Shown: positions 44,367 through 54,023, counted from the first letter of the stretch. The stretch: DNA of 64,000 bases from Acidimicrobiia bacterium (GCA_050248955.1 JBFWRK010000015.1:43585-107584); one strand, 5' to 3'. Notes: a model not told the origin generated them from the letters alone. Numbers and translations are program-made.

Positions 44367-47224
44367 GTCGACCCTCCCTCGGCGTCGAAGCGCTGCCATG
44401 CGCGCAGGAGCTCGTCGATGGTCAGTGTCCGGCAGCCCGGCAGCCGGAGCTCGGGCGTGGCGGTGACGGTGCCGAGCACGAGCACTGGTTCGTCGAGCGC
44501 GTCCGTCAGCTCGCCGACGTCGCCCGGCGCGACCTCGAGCACGAAGCGCCCGGTCGACTCGGCGAACAGCGACGTGATGGCGTCCGCGGTCGGGAGCTGC
44601 TCGATCGTGGCGCCGAGACGACCACCGATCGCCATCTCGGCGACCGCCACCGCGAGGCCGCCCTCGCTGAGGTCGTGGCACGAGCGGACGAGGCCGGCTC
44701 GCATCACGGCATGGAGCCGGCGGTATCGACGGTGGGCGTCGGCGTCCGGCGTGGGCACGGTGCCGAGGTCGTCCGGTGCGCCGTGCACGAGGTCGAAGTG
44801 GCTGCCCGCGAACTCGTGGAGCGTGCGCCCGACGAGGACCAGCACGTTGCCGGGCTCGGCGAGATCGGTGGTGACGCAGCGCCCAGCGTCGGGGACGTGG
44901 GCGATCGCCGTGATGACGAGCGTCGGCGGCACCGAATGGCGTTCACCGTCGGCACCGACGTACTCGTTGTTCAGCGAGTCCTTGCCGGACACGAACGGCG
45001 CACCATGCGCACCAGCGCCGTCGCAGCATCCCGTGACGGCCGCGGCGAGCGCGCCGAGCGTCGACGGTCGCCGGGGGTCGCCCCACGAGAAGTTGTCGAG
45101 CAGCGCGACCCGATCGGGGTCGGCGCCGACGGCGACGACGTTGCGCATCGCCTCGTCGACCGCGGCGCGAGCCATCAGCTCCGGATCGTGCTCGCCGAAC
45201 CACGGGTTCACGCCGATGCCGATCGCGATGCCCTGGGTGTCCGCCGGCTCGGCGAGGACGACGCCGTCCGCAGGGCCGTCGAGCTCGGCGCCGACGAGCG
45301 GACGCACGACGGTGGCGCCGCGGATCTCGTGGTCGTACCGGTGGACGATGTCCGCCTTGGACGCGATGTTCCGGTGACCGAGCAGGGCGAGCAACGTCCC
45401 CGCCGGGTCGTCGGTGCGTCGTTGCGCGCCTGCGGTTCGATCGGGTGTCGGGAGGACGGCGGTCATCGTTCGTTGCGGCCGACCGTCGTGGAGGAAGCGG
45501 GTGTCGAGCTCGAGCACCGCCGTGTCGCCGTAGTGGACCCGCAGCAGCCCGTCGCCGGTGAACGAGCCGAGATCCGTGAGCTCGACGCCGTGGCGCCGGC
45601 AGGCGTGCTCGACGGTCGCGAGCTGCATCGGCGGGACCGCCAGCACCATGCGTTCCTGCGCCTCGGACAACCAGATCTCCCACGGCGCGAGGCCCGGGTA
45701 CTTCAGCGGGACCGTGGCGAGGTCGACGTCAGCTCCGATCCCCTCGGCCATCTCGCCGACGGCGGAGGACAGTCCGCCGGCGCCGCAGTCGGTGATCGCC
45801 GTGAACAGCCCGGCGATGTCGTCGAGCAGGTCGATCAGGAGCTTCTCGATGATCGGGTCGCCGATCTGCACGCTCGCACCCGCGACCTCGCCGGTCGTGG
45901 CGTCCATCGTGCGGCTCGAGAACGTGGCGCCCCGCAGCCCGTCCCGGCCCGTGCGCCCGCCGAGTGAGACGACCCGATCGCCCGGTTGCGGACCGGGGAG
46001 CGGACCGCTGTCGTCGGCGACACCGATGCAGCCGCAGAACACGAGCGGATTCGCCGTGTACCGGTCGTCGTAGAGCACGGCGCCGGCGACCGTCGGCAGC
46101 CCGATCTTGTTGCCGTAGTCCGCGACACCCTCGACCACGCCGCGCTCGATCCGGCGCGGGTGGAGCACGCCGTCGGGCAGCTCCGCGGGGTCGAGATCGG
46201 GGAGGCCGAAGCACAGGATGTCGGTGGTGGCGATCGGCCGGTGGGCCGTGCCCATGACGTCGCGGATGACCCCGCCGACGCCCGTGTTGGCGCCGCCGAA
46301 CGGCTCGACAGCGGAGGGGTGGTTGTGCGTCTCGGCCTTGACCGCGATGGTCCGCCCGGGGACGAACGAGACGATGCCTGCGTTCCCGACGAACGCGGAT
46401 CGGACGAAGGGGGCAGCGATCGTGTCGGTCGAGTCGCGCAGCTGTGCGAGCAGCGGCCGGATCACCTGTCCCTCCGGCGTGGTGATCAGTGCCCGGAAGG
46501 TCTTGTGCGAGCAGTGCTCGCTCCAGGTCTGGGCGAGCGTCTCGAGCTCGACGTCGGTCGGGTCACGGCCGACGACGGCGAAGTGCTCCTGGATGACCCT
46601 GAGCTCTGCGAGGTCGAGCGACAACCCCCGCTCCCGATCCAGCGCGAGCAGCTCGTCGTCGCTCAGCCCGCCGAGCGGCACCCGGGTCACCGTGCTGTCG
46701 GCCTGCTCGCCGGTGGGGAACGCCGGCTCGATCGCGCCCCCCGTCGACCAGCGCTCGATCACGGGGTTGGCGAGCAGGCGGCGCACGAGTCGGTCGGTGT
46801 CGGCGTCGTCGAGGTCGCCGGTGATCGTGAACCGCTTGCCGGTCGACGCCGCGTCGATCTGAGCGTGCAGCGCTCCGGCTGCCCGGAGCAGCTCGCTCGA
46901 GGACGCGTCGGTGACGCCGGGATGGAGCGTCGTCTCGACGACGACGGTGCGCGCGGGCTGCGCCGTGGCGTCATCGGCAGATGCGCCCCAGGCGGCGCGC
47001 TGGAGCAGCGGATCGACGAGCAGGGACGTGATCGCCGCCTTCGCGTCGTCGTCCAGATCGGCCCGCAGGAACACGAGATCCTCGACGTCGACCCGCTCGA
47101 CGGCCGCGATCCCGAGGGCGTGCGCGTCGGCCGTGAGGCTGTCGGAGCGGGGGTCGCCGGACACGGTGGTGACGGCGAGGCGATGGACGGCGGTCATGAG
47201 ACCATCCACGTCGTCGTCATGCAT
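44363..47224 (-). CDS. purL: FGAM synthase subunit PurL with a ~185-aa N-terminal extension made of two PurS-like repeats
   Basis: The SEHCSHKTF motif lies at about aa 235 instead of about 50. The extension contains LHPGVTD...GKRFTITG...RLLANPVIERW (PurS-like) and a weaker first copy. No separate purS gene lies between purC and purQ. Confidence 0.92.
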   Translation of the reverse strand: MHDDDVDGLMTAVHRLAVTTVSGDPRSDSLTADAHALGIAAVERVDVEDLVFLRADLDDDAKAAITSLLVDPLLQRAAWGASADDATAQPARTVVVETTLHPGVTDASSSELLRAAGALHAQIDAASTGKRFTITGDLDDADTDRLVRRLLANPVIERWSTGGAIEPAFPTGEQADSTVTRVPLGGLSDDELLALDRERGLSLDLAELRVIQEHFAVVGRDPTDVELETLAQTWSEHCSHKTFRALITTPEGQVIRPLLAQLRDSTDTIAAPFVRSAFVGNAGIVSFVPGRTIAVKAETHNHPSAVEPFGGANTGVGGVIRDVMGTAHRPIATTDILCFGLPDLDPAELPDGVLHPRRIERGVVEGVADYGNKIGLPTVAGAVLYDDRYTANPLVFCGCIGVADDSGPLPGPQPGDRVVSLGGRTGRDGLRGATFSSRTMDATTGEVAGASVQIGDPIIEKLLIDLLDDIAGLFTAITDCGAGGLSSAVGEMAEGIGADVDLATVPLKYPGLAPWEIWLSEAQERMVLAVPPMQLATVEHACRRHGVELTDLGSFTGDGLLRVHYGDTAVLELDTRFLHDGRPQRTMTAVLPTPDRTAGAQRRTDDPAGTLLALLGHRNIASKADIVHRYDHEIRGATVVRPLVGAELDGPADGVVLAEPADTQGIAIGIGVNPWFGEHDPELMARAAVDEAMRNVVAVGADPDRVALLDNFSWGDPRRPSTLGALAAAVTGCCDGAGAHGAPFVSGKDSLNNEYVGADGERHSVPPTLVITAIAHVPDAGRCVTTDLAEPGNVLVLVGRTLHEFAGSHFDLVHGAPDDLGTVPTPDADAHRRYRRLHAVMRAGLVRSCHDLSEGGLAVAVAEMAIGGRLGATIEQLPTADAITSLFAESTGRFVLEVAPGDVGELTDALDEPVLVLGTVTATPELRLPGCRTLTIDELLRAWQRFDAEGGST

Positions 47225-47326
47225 CGAACGTATCGAGACGGCTCGTGCGGCCTCCGCTGCTTGAACGAAAAGTCAATGGACCGACGGTGCGGTCAGGTGG
47301 CACACCCTGCCCGTACAGTCGGCGAT

Positions 47327-47995
47327 GTGTCAGACCAGCGCCCCACTCGCCTCGTACTCGTGCGCCACGGTGAGTCGATCGTCACTGTGAACCGTGTGAT
47401 CGGGGGGTATCGCACCTGCACCGGGCTCTCGGATCTCGGGCGTCAGCAGGCCGAGCGGTTGCGTGACCGGCTCGCCCGCACCGGCGAGCTCGCCACCGAC
47501 CGGCTGTACAGCAGCAACTTCGCGCGGGCCCTCGAGACGGCGGAGATCATCGCGCCCGCGCTCCGTGGTCTCGAGGTGCTGGAGGAGCCCGGGTTCGGCG
47601 AGCACGACCCAGGCCCCGACTGCGACGGGCTCACCTACAGCGCCTTCGTCGAGCAGTACGGCACCGGTCGCAACTGGGAGGACCCGTTCGCCGAGAGCTT
47701 CCCGGGGGGTGAGACCATTGCCACGTTCCACCACCGTGTGGGCGCGGCCGCCTACGGCATCGTCAGCCGTCATGCGGGCGAGACGATCGTCGTGTCGTGC
47801 CACGGTGGCGTGGTCGACGCGCTGCTCCGCCAGTTCCTCCGGCTGCCGTCCACCGGCGGCTTCGAGGTCCACACGATCAACACGTCGATCACCGAGTTCA
47901 TGCTCGCGCCGTCGCGGCTGTGGCGGATGGTCCGCTACAACGACAGCGCCCACCTCGAAGGACTGCCCACCGAGACGCCCAGGTCGTCCTCGTGA
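47327..47995 (+). CDS. Histidine phosphatase family (phosphoglycerate-mutase-like) protein
   Basis: RLVLVRHGES catalytic motif near the N-terminus and a later SCHGG motif. GTG 47327 (alternative ATG 47276). The upstream part of the listed 669-aa ORF is antisense purL. Confidence 0.8.
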   Translation: MSDQRPTRLVLVRHGESIVTVNRVIGGYRTCTGLSDLGRQQAERLRDRLARTGELATDRLYSSNFARALETAEIIAPALRGLEVLEEPGFGEHDPGPDCDGLTYSAFVEQYGTGRNWEDPFAESFPGGETIATFHHRVGAAAYGIVSRHAGETIVVSCHGGVVDALLRQFLRLPSTGGFEVHTINTSITEFMLAPSRLWRMVRYNDSAHLEGLPTETPRSSS

Positions 47996-48017
47996 TCCTC
48001 CGATCGGCCGCGCGGCG

Positions 48018-49388
48018 GTGATCGAGCGGCCCGATGTCCTGATCGTCGGTGCCGGATCGGCCGGCGCGGTGCTGGCAGCGCGCCTGTCCGAGGACCCGCG
48101 GCGGACGGTGCTCCTCCTCGAAGCCGGTCCGGACACCACGAGCAGCGAGACCCCCGAGGGACTCGTCGGTGCGAGCTTCTTCGATGCGCTTGCAGTGCCC
48201 GGTCGCACGTGGCCGACGCTCGTGGCGACGCGTGCGGCCGGCCAGGAGCCGCAGGTGTACCAGCGCGGAAGGGGCGTCGGCGGATCATCGGCCGTGAACG
48301 CGATGGTCGCCATCCCCGGCATCCCCGACGACTACGACCGGTGGGCGGAGCTCGGTGCGGGCGGCTGGGCGTGGGCCGATGTCGCACCATGGTTCGCGCG
48401 CACGTCACTCGTGCTCAATGCGGCCGCTCGCAGCGAGTGGGGGCCGGTGAGCGCGGCGCTGGCCACGGCGCTGCCGAGCTCGGTCGCCGGCGTCCCACTC
48501 ACCCGCGACGCGCACGGTCGGCGCGTCTCCACGAACGACGCCTACCTGGAGCCGGCGCGCGCCCGGCCGAACCTGACGATTCGAGGTGGCGCGCTCGTCG
48601 ACCGGGTGCTCCTCGAGCGTCGCACGGCGCAGGGCGTCCGGCTCGTCGGGGGCGAGGAGATCGCCGCTGCCGAGGTCGTGGTCTGCGCGGGCGCGATCCA
48701 TTCACCGGCCGTGCTCCTGCGGTCGGGCATCGACCGCACGGGTGTCGGCCGCAACCTGAAGGACCACCCGGCGATACCGATTCCGCTCGCCTACCGCGGC
48801 GACGGACCCGATCCCCGTTCGTTGCCGATCTCGGTGATCGGACGTCGCTCGTCCGGGGATGCGCCCGCCGATCTGCAGCTGCTGCCGATCGACCACCTCG
48901 GCCCGGACGCACCCGGCCTCGGGATGCTGATGGTCGCGCTCATGCGGGTCCACTCGACCGGCAGCGTGCGCCTCGCCGCCGACGATCCGACGCTCGACCC
49001 GGTCGTCGAGTTCGGCCTGCTCGGCGACGAGCGCGACGAGCGACGACTGCGCCGTGGGGTGGCCGACGCGCTGGCCGCACTCGAGCACGTTGCCTTCCGC
49101 GACCTCGTCGAGCCGATCGTGCCCGATCTGGACGGCGATGCGATTCGAGCGAACCTCGGCGACTACGTGCATGCCAGCGGGACGTGCCGCATGGGGAGCA
49201 GCGACGACGAGCTCGCGGTCGTCGACTCGTCGTGCCGGGTGATCGGTTACGAACGGCTCCTGGTGTGCGACGCCTCGGTGATGCCGGATCTCCCACGGGC
49301 CAACACCCACCTGACGACGGTCGTGATCGCCGAGCGCGTCGCCGCCGGTCACGACGCGTCGAGGAGCGCCCCGGACCGACGGGAGTAG
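48018..49388 (+). CDS. GMC-family FAD-dependent oxidoreductase
   Basis: DVLIVGAGSAGAVLAARLSED N-terminal Rossmann motif, GRGVGGSSAVNAM, and a C-terminal CRMG...DASVMP...NTHL motif. GTG 48018. Confidence 0.8.
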   Translation: MIERPDVLIVGAGSAGAVLAARLSEDPRRTVLLLEAGPDTTSSETPEGLVGASFFDALAVPGRTWPTLVATRAAGQEPQVYQRGRGVGGSSAVNAMVAIPGIPDDYDRWAELGAGGWAWADVAPWFARTSLVLNAAARSEWGPVSAALATALPSSVAGVPLTRDAHGRRVSTNDAYLEPARARPNLTIRGGALVDRVLLERRTAQGVRLVGGEEIAAAEVVVCAGAIHSPAVLLRSGIDRTGVGRNLKDHPAIPIPLAYRGDGPDPRSLPISVIGRRSSGDAPADLQLLPIDHLGPDAPGLGMLMVALMRVHSTGSVRLAADDPTLDPVVEFGLLGDERDERRLRRGVADALAALEHVAFRDLVEPIVPDLDGDAIRANLGDYVHASGTCRMGSSDDELAVVDSSCRVIGYERLLVCDASVMPDLPRANTHLTTVVIAERVAAGHDASRSAPDRRE

Positions 49389-49405
49389 CCGGTCAGTCCG
49401 CTCTC

Positions 49406-49523
49406 CCCCCCGGGTTCTCTGCTCGCCGACGACTCCCCACGGGTTCTCCGCTCCCAGCCGGACATCCACCGACCTCGCCCGATCAGAGACCGGGGCTGGT
49501 GACGCGGATGAGCAGAGAAACGG
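49406..49523. repeat. Two ~29-bp direct repeats (CGGGTTCTC[T/C]GCTC core) plus an inverted core copy (GAGCAGAGAAACGG)
   Basis: Cores at 49411-49424 and 49440-49453; inverted copy at 49510-49523. Same TTCTCTGCTC core as the 24.4-kb array. Confidence 0.6.
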
Positions 49524-49658
49524 TGTGGCTGGGGTCTCGTCGCCCGATGACGACGTCGCGCCCGCACACTCCTCATTTCGCCACAAAGGCGCACCAGCCT
49601 CCGCAAACCGCTCGACGGGCGCCACAGAGGCGGCGGGAGGGGTGCTAGTGAGTGGGGG

Positions 49659-50603
49659 ATGGGAGACGCAGGGAACAGCTACGAGCTCGGTCTCCACGAG
49701 CTCGGTGACGGGTGCTTCGCCTATTTGCAACCCGACGGTGGATGGGGATGGAGCAACGCCGGGCTCGTCGTCGGTGACGGGTCGTCGTTGCTCGTCGACA
49801 CCCTGTTCGACCTCCGCCTGACCGCAGCGATGCTCGAGTCGATGTCCGGTGCCACCCGGGCGGCGCCGATCGCCACCGTCGTGAACACCCACGCCAACGG
49901 CGACCACTGCTACGGCAACCAGCTCGTCGCCGGCGCGGAGATCGTCGCGTCGAGCGCAGCTGCTCACGAGATGACCGAGGTGCCACCGGCGATGCTCGCC
50001 GCGCTCAACCAGGCGCCCGGCGAGATCGGCGAGCTGTTCCGCAGCTTCTTCGGCGACTTCGAGTTCGACGGCATCGAGCTCACCTTGCCGACGCGCACGT
50101 TCGACGGACGACTCGAGCTCGAGGTCGGCGGACGTGTGATCGAGCTGATCGAGGTCGGTCCGGCCCACACCGCCGGCGATTCGCTCGCCTACGTGCCGGA
50201 CGCGAGGACGATCTACACGGGCGACATCCTGTTCGTCGGCGGTACGCCGATCGTCTGGGCCGGACCGCTGTCGAACTGGATCGCCGCCTGCGACCTGATC
50301 CTCGGGATGGACGTCGAGACCGTCGTGCCTGGTCACGGACCGCTGACGGACAAGTCGGGTGTCACCGCGGTCCGGGACTACCTCGCCTACATCGAACGGG
50401 AGGCGATCCGACGCCACGACGCCGGCATGGACGCGTGGGAGGCAGCGCGCGACATCGCGCTGAACGGCTTCGGCGAGTGGAGCGAGTGGGGTCGCGTGTC
50501 GGTCAACGTCGAGACGGTCTACCGCAGCATCGATCCCGACCACCGCAGTCCCGATGTCGTCGAGCAGTTCCGGAGGATGGCACAGCTCGAGCGGGGGCGG
50601 TGA
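49659..50603 (+). CDS. MBL-fold metallo-hydrolase
   Basis: NTHANGDHCYGN (HxHxDH-type) motif, later GH and TAGDS motifs, 314 aa. Confidence 0.75.
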   Translation: MGDAGNSYELGLHELGDGCFAYLQPDGGWGWSNAGLVVGDGSSLLVDTLFDLRLTAAMLESMSGATRAAPIATVVNTHANGDHCYGNQLVAGAEIVASSAAAHEMTEVPPAMLAALNQAPGEIGELFRSFFGDFEFDGIELTLPTRTFDGRLELEVGGRVIELIEVGPAHTAGDSLAYVPDARTIYTGDILFVGGTPIVWAGPLSNWIAACDLILGMDVETVVPGHGPLTDKSGVTAVRDYLAYIEREAIRRHDAGMDAWEAARDIALNGFGEWSEWGRVSVNVETVYRSIDPDHRSPDVVEQFRRMAQLERGR

Positions 50604-51823
50604 CCGTCTCCCGGCGCGCCGACGTCGCGATCATCGGCGCCGGACCAGCCGGGTTGGCGCTCGCCGCGGCATGCCTCGAACGGAACGTGGACGTGGTCGT
50701 CTGCGCGCCGACCACGGCGGCCGGGTGGACGGCGACATACGGCTGCTGGGTCGACGAGATCGTCGCATTGGGACTGGAACGCCACCTCGGCCACCGATGG
50801 GACCGCGTCAGGGTCGTCGGCAACGCCGAGCACGAGCTCGGTCGTCCCTACGGGGTGCTCGACAACGAGTCGCTGCGCAATCATCTCGCCGGGACGATCG
50901 GCGAGGGACGGTTCGTCGACGACGCGGTGACGGCAGTGTCCGACGAAGGCGGCCACGGGCAGCTCACGTGTGCAGCGGGTGGCACGATCGTGGCCCGTCT
51001 CGTCGTCGATGCGAGCGGACACGAGCCGGTTGCGTTGCAGCGACGCGCGTTCGACGTGCAGAAGCGCCCGGTCCAGACGGCGTACGGCCTCGCCGTGACG
51101 TTCGACAACGCGCCGATCGCGGCCGGCACGTGCACCCTGATGGACTGGTCGCCGGCGTCGCCGGATCCGGAGCACAGGCGCACGCCGACGTTCCTGTACG
51201 CGCTCGATCTCGGCGACGGCCGGTTCCTCGTCGAGGAGACATCGCTCGCCGCGGCCCCGGCGATGCCCACCGACGAGCTGCGCAGCCGGCTCGTGGCCAG
51301 GCTCGAGCGGATGGGTGTTACGCCGAGTGGCGATCGCCACGAGGAGCACGTCTGGATCCCGATGCGGGCCCCCCGACCGCTGCGCCGCCAGCTCTGCGTC
51401 GGCTTCGGTGCGGCCGCCGGCTACGTGCACCCCGCGACGGGCTACTCGGTCGTCACCTCGCTGCAGCGGGCGCAGCAGGTGGGCGAGGCGATCGCCGACG
51501 GGCTCGCCCGCCCGCTGCTCGGTCGAGCCCTCAGCAGCGCGGTCTGGGATGCGATCTGGCCGCGAGCCGACCGGCGGGCCCGGGCGCTGCACGACTACGG
51601 GCTCGGGGCGCTCTGCCGGTTCGACGCCGACCAGACGCGCGCCTTCTTCGACGCGTTCTTCTCGCTCCCGGTCGAGCGTTGGCGGACGTACCTGTCGGGC
51701 AGTGCCTCGTCGCGCGACCTCACGCTCATGATGGCGGCGCTGTTCGCGAAGGTGCCGATCCGGCTCCGCGGCCGGTTGTTCGCGGGCGATCCGCGGCTGC
51801 TCGCGCGGGCGCTCACCGGCTGA
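50600..51823 (+). CDS. Lycopene-cyclase-family FAD-binding protein
   Basis: DVAIIGAGPAGLALAAA dinucleotide motif and overall resemblance to CrtY/CrtL-type cyclases (from memory). GTG 50600 overlaps the MBL stop (GTGA). Confidence 0.55.
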   Translation: MTVSRRADVAIIGAGPAGLALAAACLERNVDVVVCAPTTAAGWTATYGCWVDEIVALGLERHLGHRWDRVRVVGNAEHELGRPYGVLDNESLRNHLAGTIGEGRFVDDAVTAVSDEGGHGQLTCAAGGTIVARLVVDASGHEPVALQRRAFDVQKRPVQTAYGLAVTFDNAPIAAGTCTLMDWSPASPDPEHRRTPTFLYALDLGDGRFLVEETSLAAAPAMPTDELRSRLVARLERMGVTPSGDRHEEHVWIPMRAPRPLRRQLCVGFGAAAGYVHPATGYSVVTSLQRAQQVGEAIADGLARPLLGRALSSAVWDAIWPRADRRARALHDYGLGALCRFDADQTRAFFDAFFSLPVERWRTYLSGSASSRDLTLMMAALFAKVPIRLRGRLFAGDPRLLARALTG

Positions 51824-51838
51824 CGCGGCTTGGATCGC

Positions 51839-52531
51839 TCAGTCCCTCCAGGGCACCGCCTGGTGCTTGCCCTTCCGCACCGTGGGAGCGTCGCCATCGG
51901 CGGCCGCCCGGGATCGCGCCGAGCGGCGCACGGCGATCACCCAGCCGGCGGCGACGCAGACCGCGAAGATCAGCCATTGCAGTGCGTACGACAGGTGCGA
52001 CCCCTCGTCGTTGATGTCGGGCAGCGGCGTCGGCGTCACCGAGGGGTCGTCGGCCGGCTCCGACGAGACGACCTGGACGAGCATCGTCCGGTCCGCCGTC
52101 GATGCGAGGACACCGAACGTGCTCGGCGCGCGGCGCACCCGGCCGACGATCCGCACGGAGCCGGTCGGCGTCGGTGGCGCGACCTCGGCGGTCGACACGA
52201 CGGAGCCCCGCTCGACGAACAGCGTGCTGCCGTCCGCCAGCACGAGCCGCCCGATGACGCGGAACGAGCCCGCCGAGGGCTCGAGCTGTGCGGTGTCGTC
52301 GTACGTGCCGGTCACGACGACGTTCGTCCACTCGTCGCCGAGCGTCAGCGCGCTCGGATCGTCGAGCTCGACGGGCGGGGCGTCGACCCGGGCGGCGACG
52401 GCGGCGTTGAAGTCCCGCCGCTCGTCGAGCCGGCGCAACTGCCAGAGCGAGAGGTTGACCATCGCCACGATCGCCGCCGCCACGACCACCGTGAAGATGA
52501 TCCATCTCGGTCGGGCCAGGAACCGGTACAT
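51839..52531 (-). CDS. SURF1-family (cytochrome oxidase assembly) protein
   Basis: N-terminal TM plus LSLWQLRRLDERR motif, C-terminal TM with HLSYALQW. Confidence 0.75.
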   Translation of the reverse strand: MYRFLARPRWIIFTVVVAAAIVAMVNLSLWQLRRLDERRDFNAAVAARVDAPPVELDDPSALTLGDEWTNVVVTGTYDDTAQLEPSAGSFRVIGRLVLADGSTLFVERGSVVSTAEVAPPTPTGSVRIVGRVRRAPSTFGVLASTADRTMLVQVVSSEPADDPSVTPTPLPDINDEGSHLSYALQWLIFAVCVAAGWVIAVRRSARSRAAADGDAPTVRKGKHQAVPWRD

Positions 52532-52578
52532 CGCGCCACGACGGTACCGGGCACCGGCGCGGCGGCCACGGTCGCCAG

Positions 52579-52655
52579 CCAGATCTCGCTGCTCGGATCC
52601 TGCCGTCCAGATCTCGCTGCTCAGGTTCTGCCGCTCAGATCCTGCCGCTCAGACC
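52579..52655. repeat. Two to three tandem ~28-29-bp repeats (CCAGATCTCGCTGCTC...CTGCCG)
   Basis: Units at 52579-52606 and 52607-52635, plus a partial third copy reaching the stop codon of the downstream gene. Confidence 0.7.
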
Positions 52656-53476
52656 GCGGCGGTGCCTCGATCCCGGTCCCAGACCATGCCGCCTCCCGTC
52701 GTGCCGCCGAGCAGCGCCTCGTCCGGGGTGCGACGGTCGATGTGGCCGATCAGGCCGTGGTACGTGCCGAAGCCGCACAGCTCGCGCAAGCGCGGGCCGA
52801 ACCGGCGAACGGTGTCGAGCGGGATGCCGAGCTGCTGGTTCTCCTGCTGACGGATCCATCCCGCGCAGTAGTTCATCGCAATGCCGAACCGTCGGGCGTC
52901 ACTGCGGTTCGCGCCCCCGCCGTGCCACAGCGAGCCGTGCCAGACGAGCACGCTGCCCTTCGCCATCACGGCGGGGATCGACTCGTAGTGCGTTCCGTAC
53001 TCGGGAGAGTGATCGGCGAGGTGCGAGCCGGGGATGATCCGCGTCGCCCCGTTGAGCTCGGTGAAGTCGGTCAGCGCCCACATCGAGTTGCAGACGGTCG
53101 GGACGTGGGGCTTGGCGAGCGGGATCACCTGGTCGTCGGCGTGGATCGGCTGGGCCGATTCGTCCGGTCCGATCGCGATCGACGAGAGCGAGCTGACGAG
53201 GCAGCCCGGACCGAGGACGCGATCGACGATCGGGAGCACCTCGGGCCATGTCGGGATCTGCTCGTAGAGCGATCCGTGCGCGAGCAGGTTGTAGATCCGA
53301 TGCGTCGCGAACCCCTCGAAGCGGTTCGCGCCGGGAGCGATCGACAGCCTCGATTCGAGCCGTTCGAGGTCCGCGCGCAGCTCGTCGCAGAGTGGCTGGG
53401 GGATCGCGCCCTCGACGATCGTGTAGCCGTCCTGGCGGATCCGTTCCATGTGCACGTCGAGGTCAGCGGGCTCCAC
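52649..53476 (-). CDS. Phytanoyl-CoA dioxygenase (PhyH) family Fe(II)/2-oxoglutarate oxygenase
   Basis: IRQDGYTIVEG, IHADD (HxD) and WHGSLWHGGGAN motifs. Start uncertain (GTG 53476 or ATG 53449). The rest of the 484-aa ORF is antisense to the DUF4262 gene. Confidence 0.75.
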   Translation of the reverse strand: MEPADLDVHMERIRQDGYTIVEGAIPQPLCDELRADLERLESRLSIAPGANRFEGFATHRIYNLLAHGSLYEQIPTWPEVLPIVDRVLGPGCLVSSLSSIAIGPDESAQPIHADDQVIPLAKPHVPTVCNSMWALTDFTELNGATRIIPGSHLADHSPEYGTHYESIPAVMAKGSVLVWHGSLWHGGGANRSDARRFGIAMNYCAGWIRQQENQQLGIPLDTVRRFGPRLRELCGFGTYHGLIGHIDRRTPDEALLGGTTGGGMVWDRDRGTAAV

Positions 53477-53518
53477 GGACGCCAGGCTACGTTCCCACGC
53501 GTGTGCCAGGCTGACGGA

Positions 53519-54019
53519 GTGACCACCCCCCACGGTCAGCCGCTTCCCGACTTCTCGATCCCGCACCAGGAGAAGATCGATTGGATGGTCGAGACCAACG
53601 GCTGGGCGATCGAGCCGGTGCCCGCCAGGACCGACGTCGATCCTCCGGTCCCGGGTTACGCCTACACGATCTCGTTCCCGGAGACGTTCGGCTTCCCCGA
53701 GGTGCTCGTGTTCGGGCTCACACCGGTCGCTGCCCGGGGACTGCTCGGGCTGGTCGCCGACTGCCTGCGCGGCGGCACCGAGATCCCGATCGACGTCGAG
53801 GTCGTCGGTTTGCTCGACAACGACCTGCGCTGCGTCTTCGCGACGGTCGATCTCGAAGAGTGGGGCGGGCTCGTCACCACCGCCACCGCATGGCGCCGCG
53901 GGCAGCCATTCGAGATGGTGCAACTGCTCTGGCCGGACCGCAACGGGTTCCTCCCCTACGAAGAGGGCTTCGACGCACGCGTGAGCCACGCCCAACCGGT
54001 GATCGCAGCGACGGAGTGA
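53519..54019 (+). CDS. DUF4262-like small protein
   Basis: GWAIEPV...PGYAYTISF...GFPEVLVFGL...QLLWPDRNGFLPYEEGF pattern recalled for DUF4262. GTG 53519. The upstream part of the listed 729-aa ORF is antisense junk. Confidence 0.5.
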   Translation: MTTPHGQPLPDFSIPHQEKIDWMVETNGWAIEPVPARTDVDPPVPGYAYTISFPETFGFPEVLVFGLTPVAARGLLGLVADCLRGGTEIPIDVEVVGLLDNDLRCVFATVDLEEWGGLVTTATAWRRGQPFEMVQLLWPDRNGFLPYEEGFDARVSHAQPVIAATE

Positions 54020-54023
54020 CGAC

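Noticed and set aside
45986-47995. Long N-terminal extensions of listed ORFs: 45986-47995, 51830-54019, 60061-62541, 61293-63428, 47463-49388, 50435-51823 and 38387-39649.
   Set aside because: In each case only the 3' portion has a recognisable domain and normal composition. The 5' portion overlaps a better-supported gene on the other strand or in another frame. In-frame starts with overlaps or an RBS fit the shorter models.
49389-49658. tRNA or small RNA gene in the 270-bp GMC/MBL spacer.
   Set aside because: No cloverleaf-compatible sequence and no T-loop GTTCGAATC-type motif are present. The spacer is explained by the dispersed repeat family.
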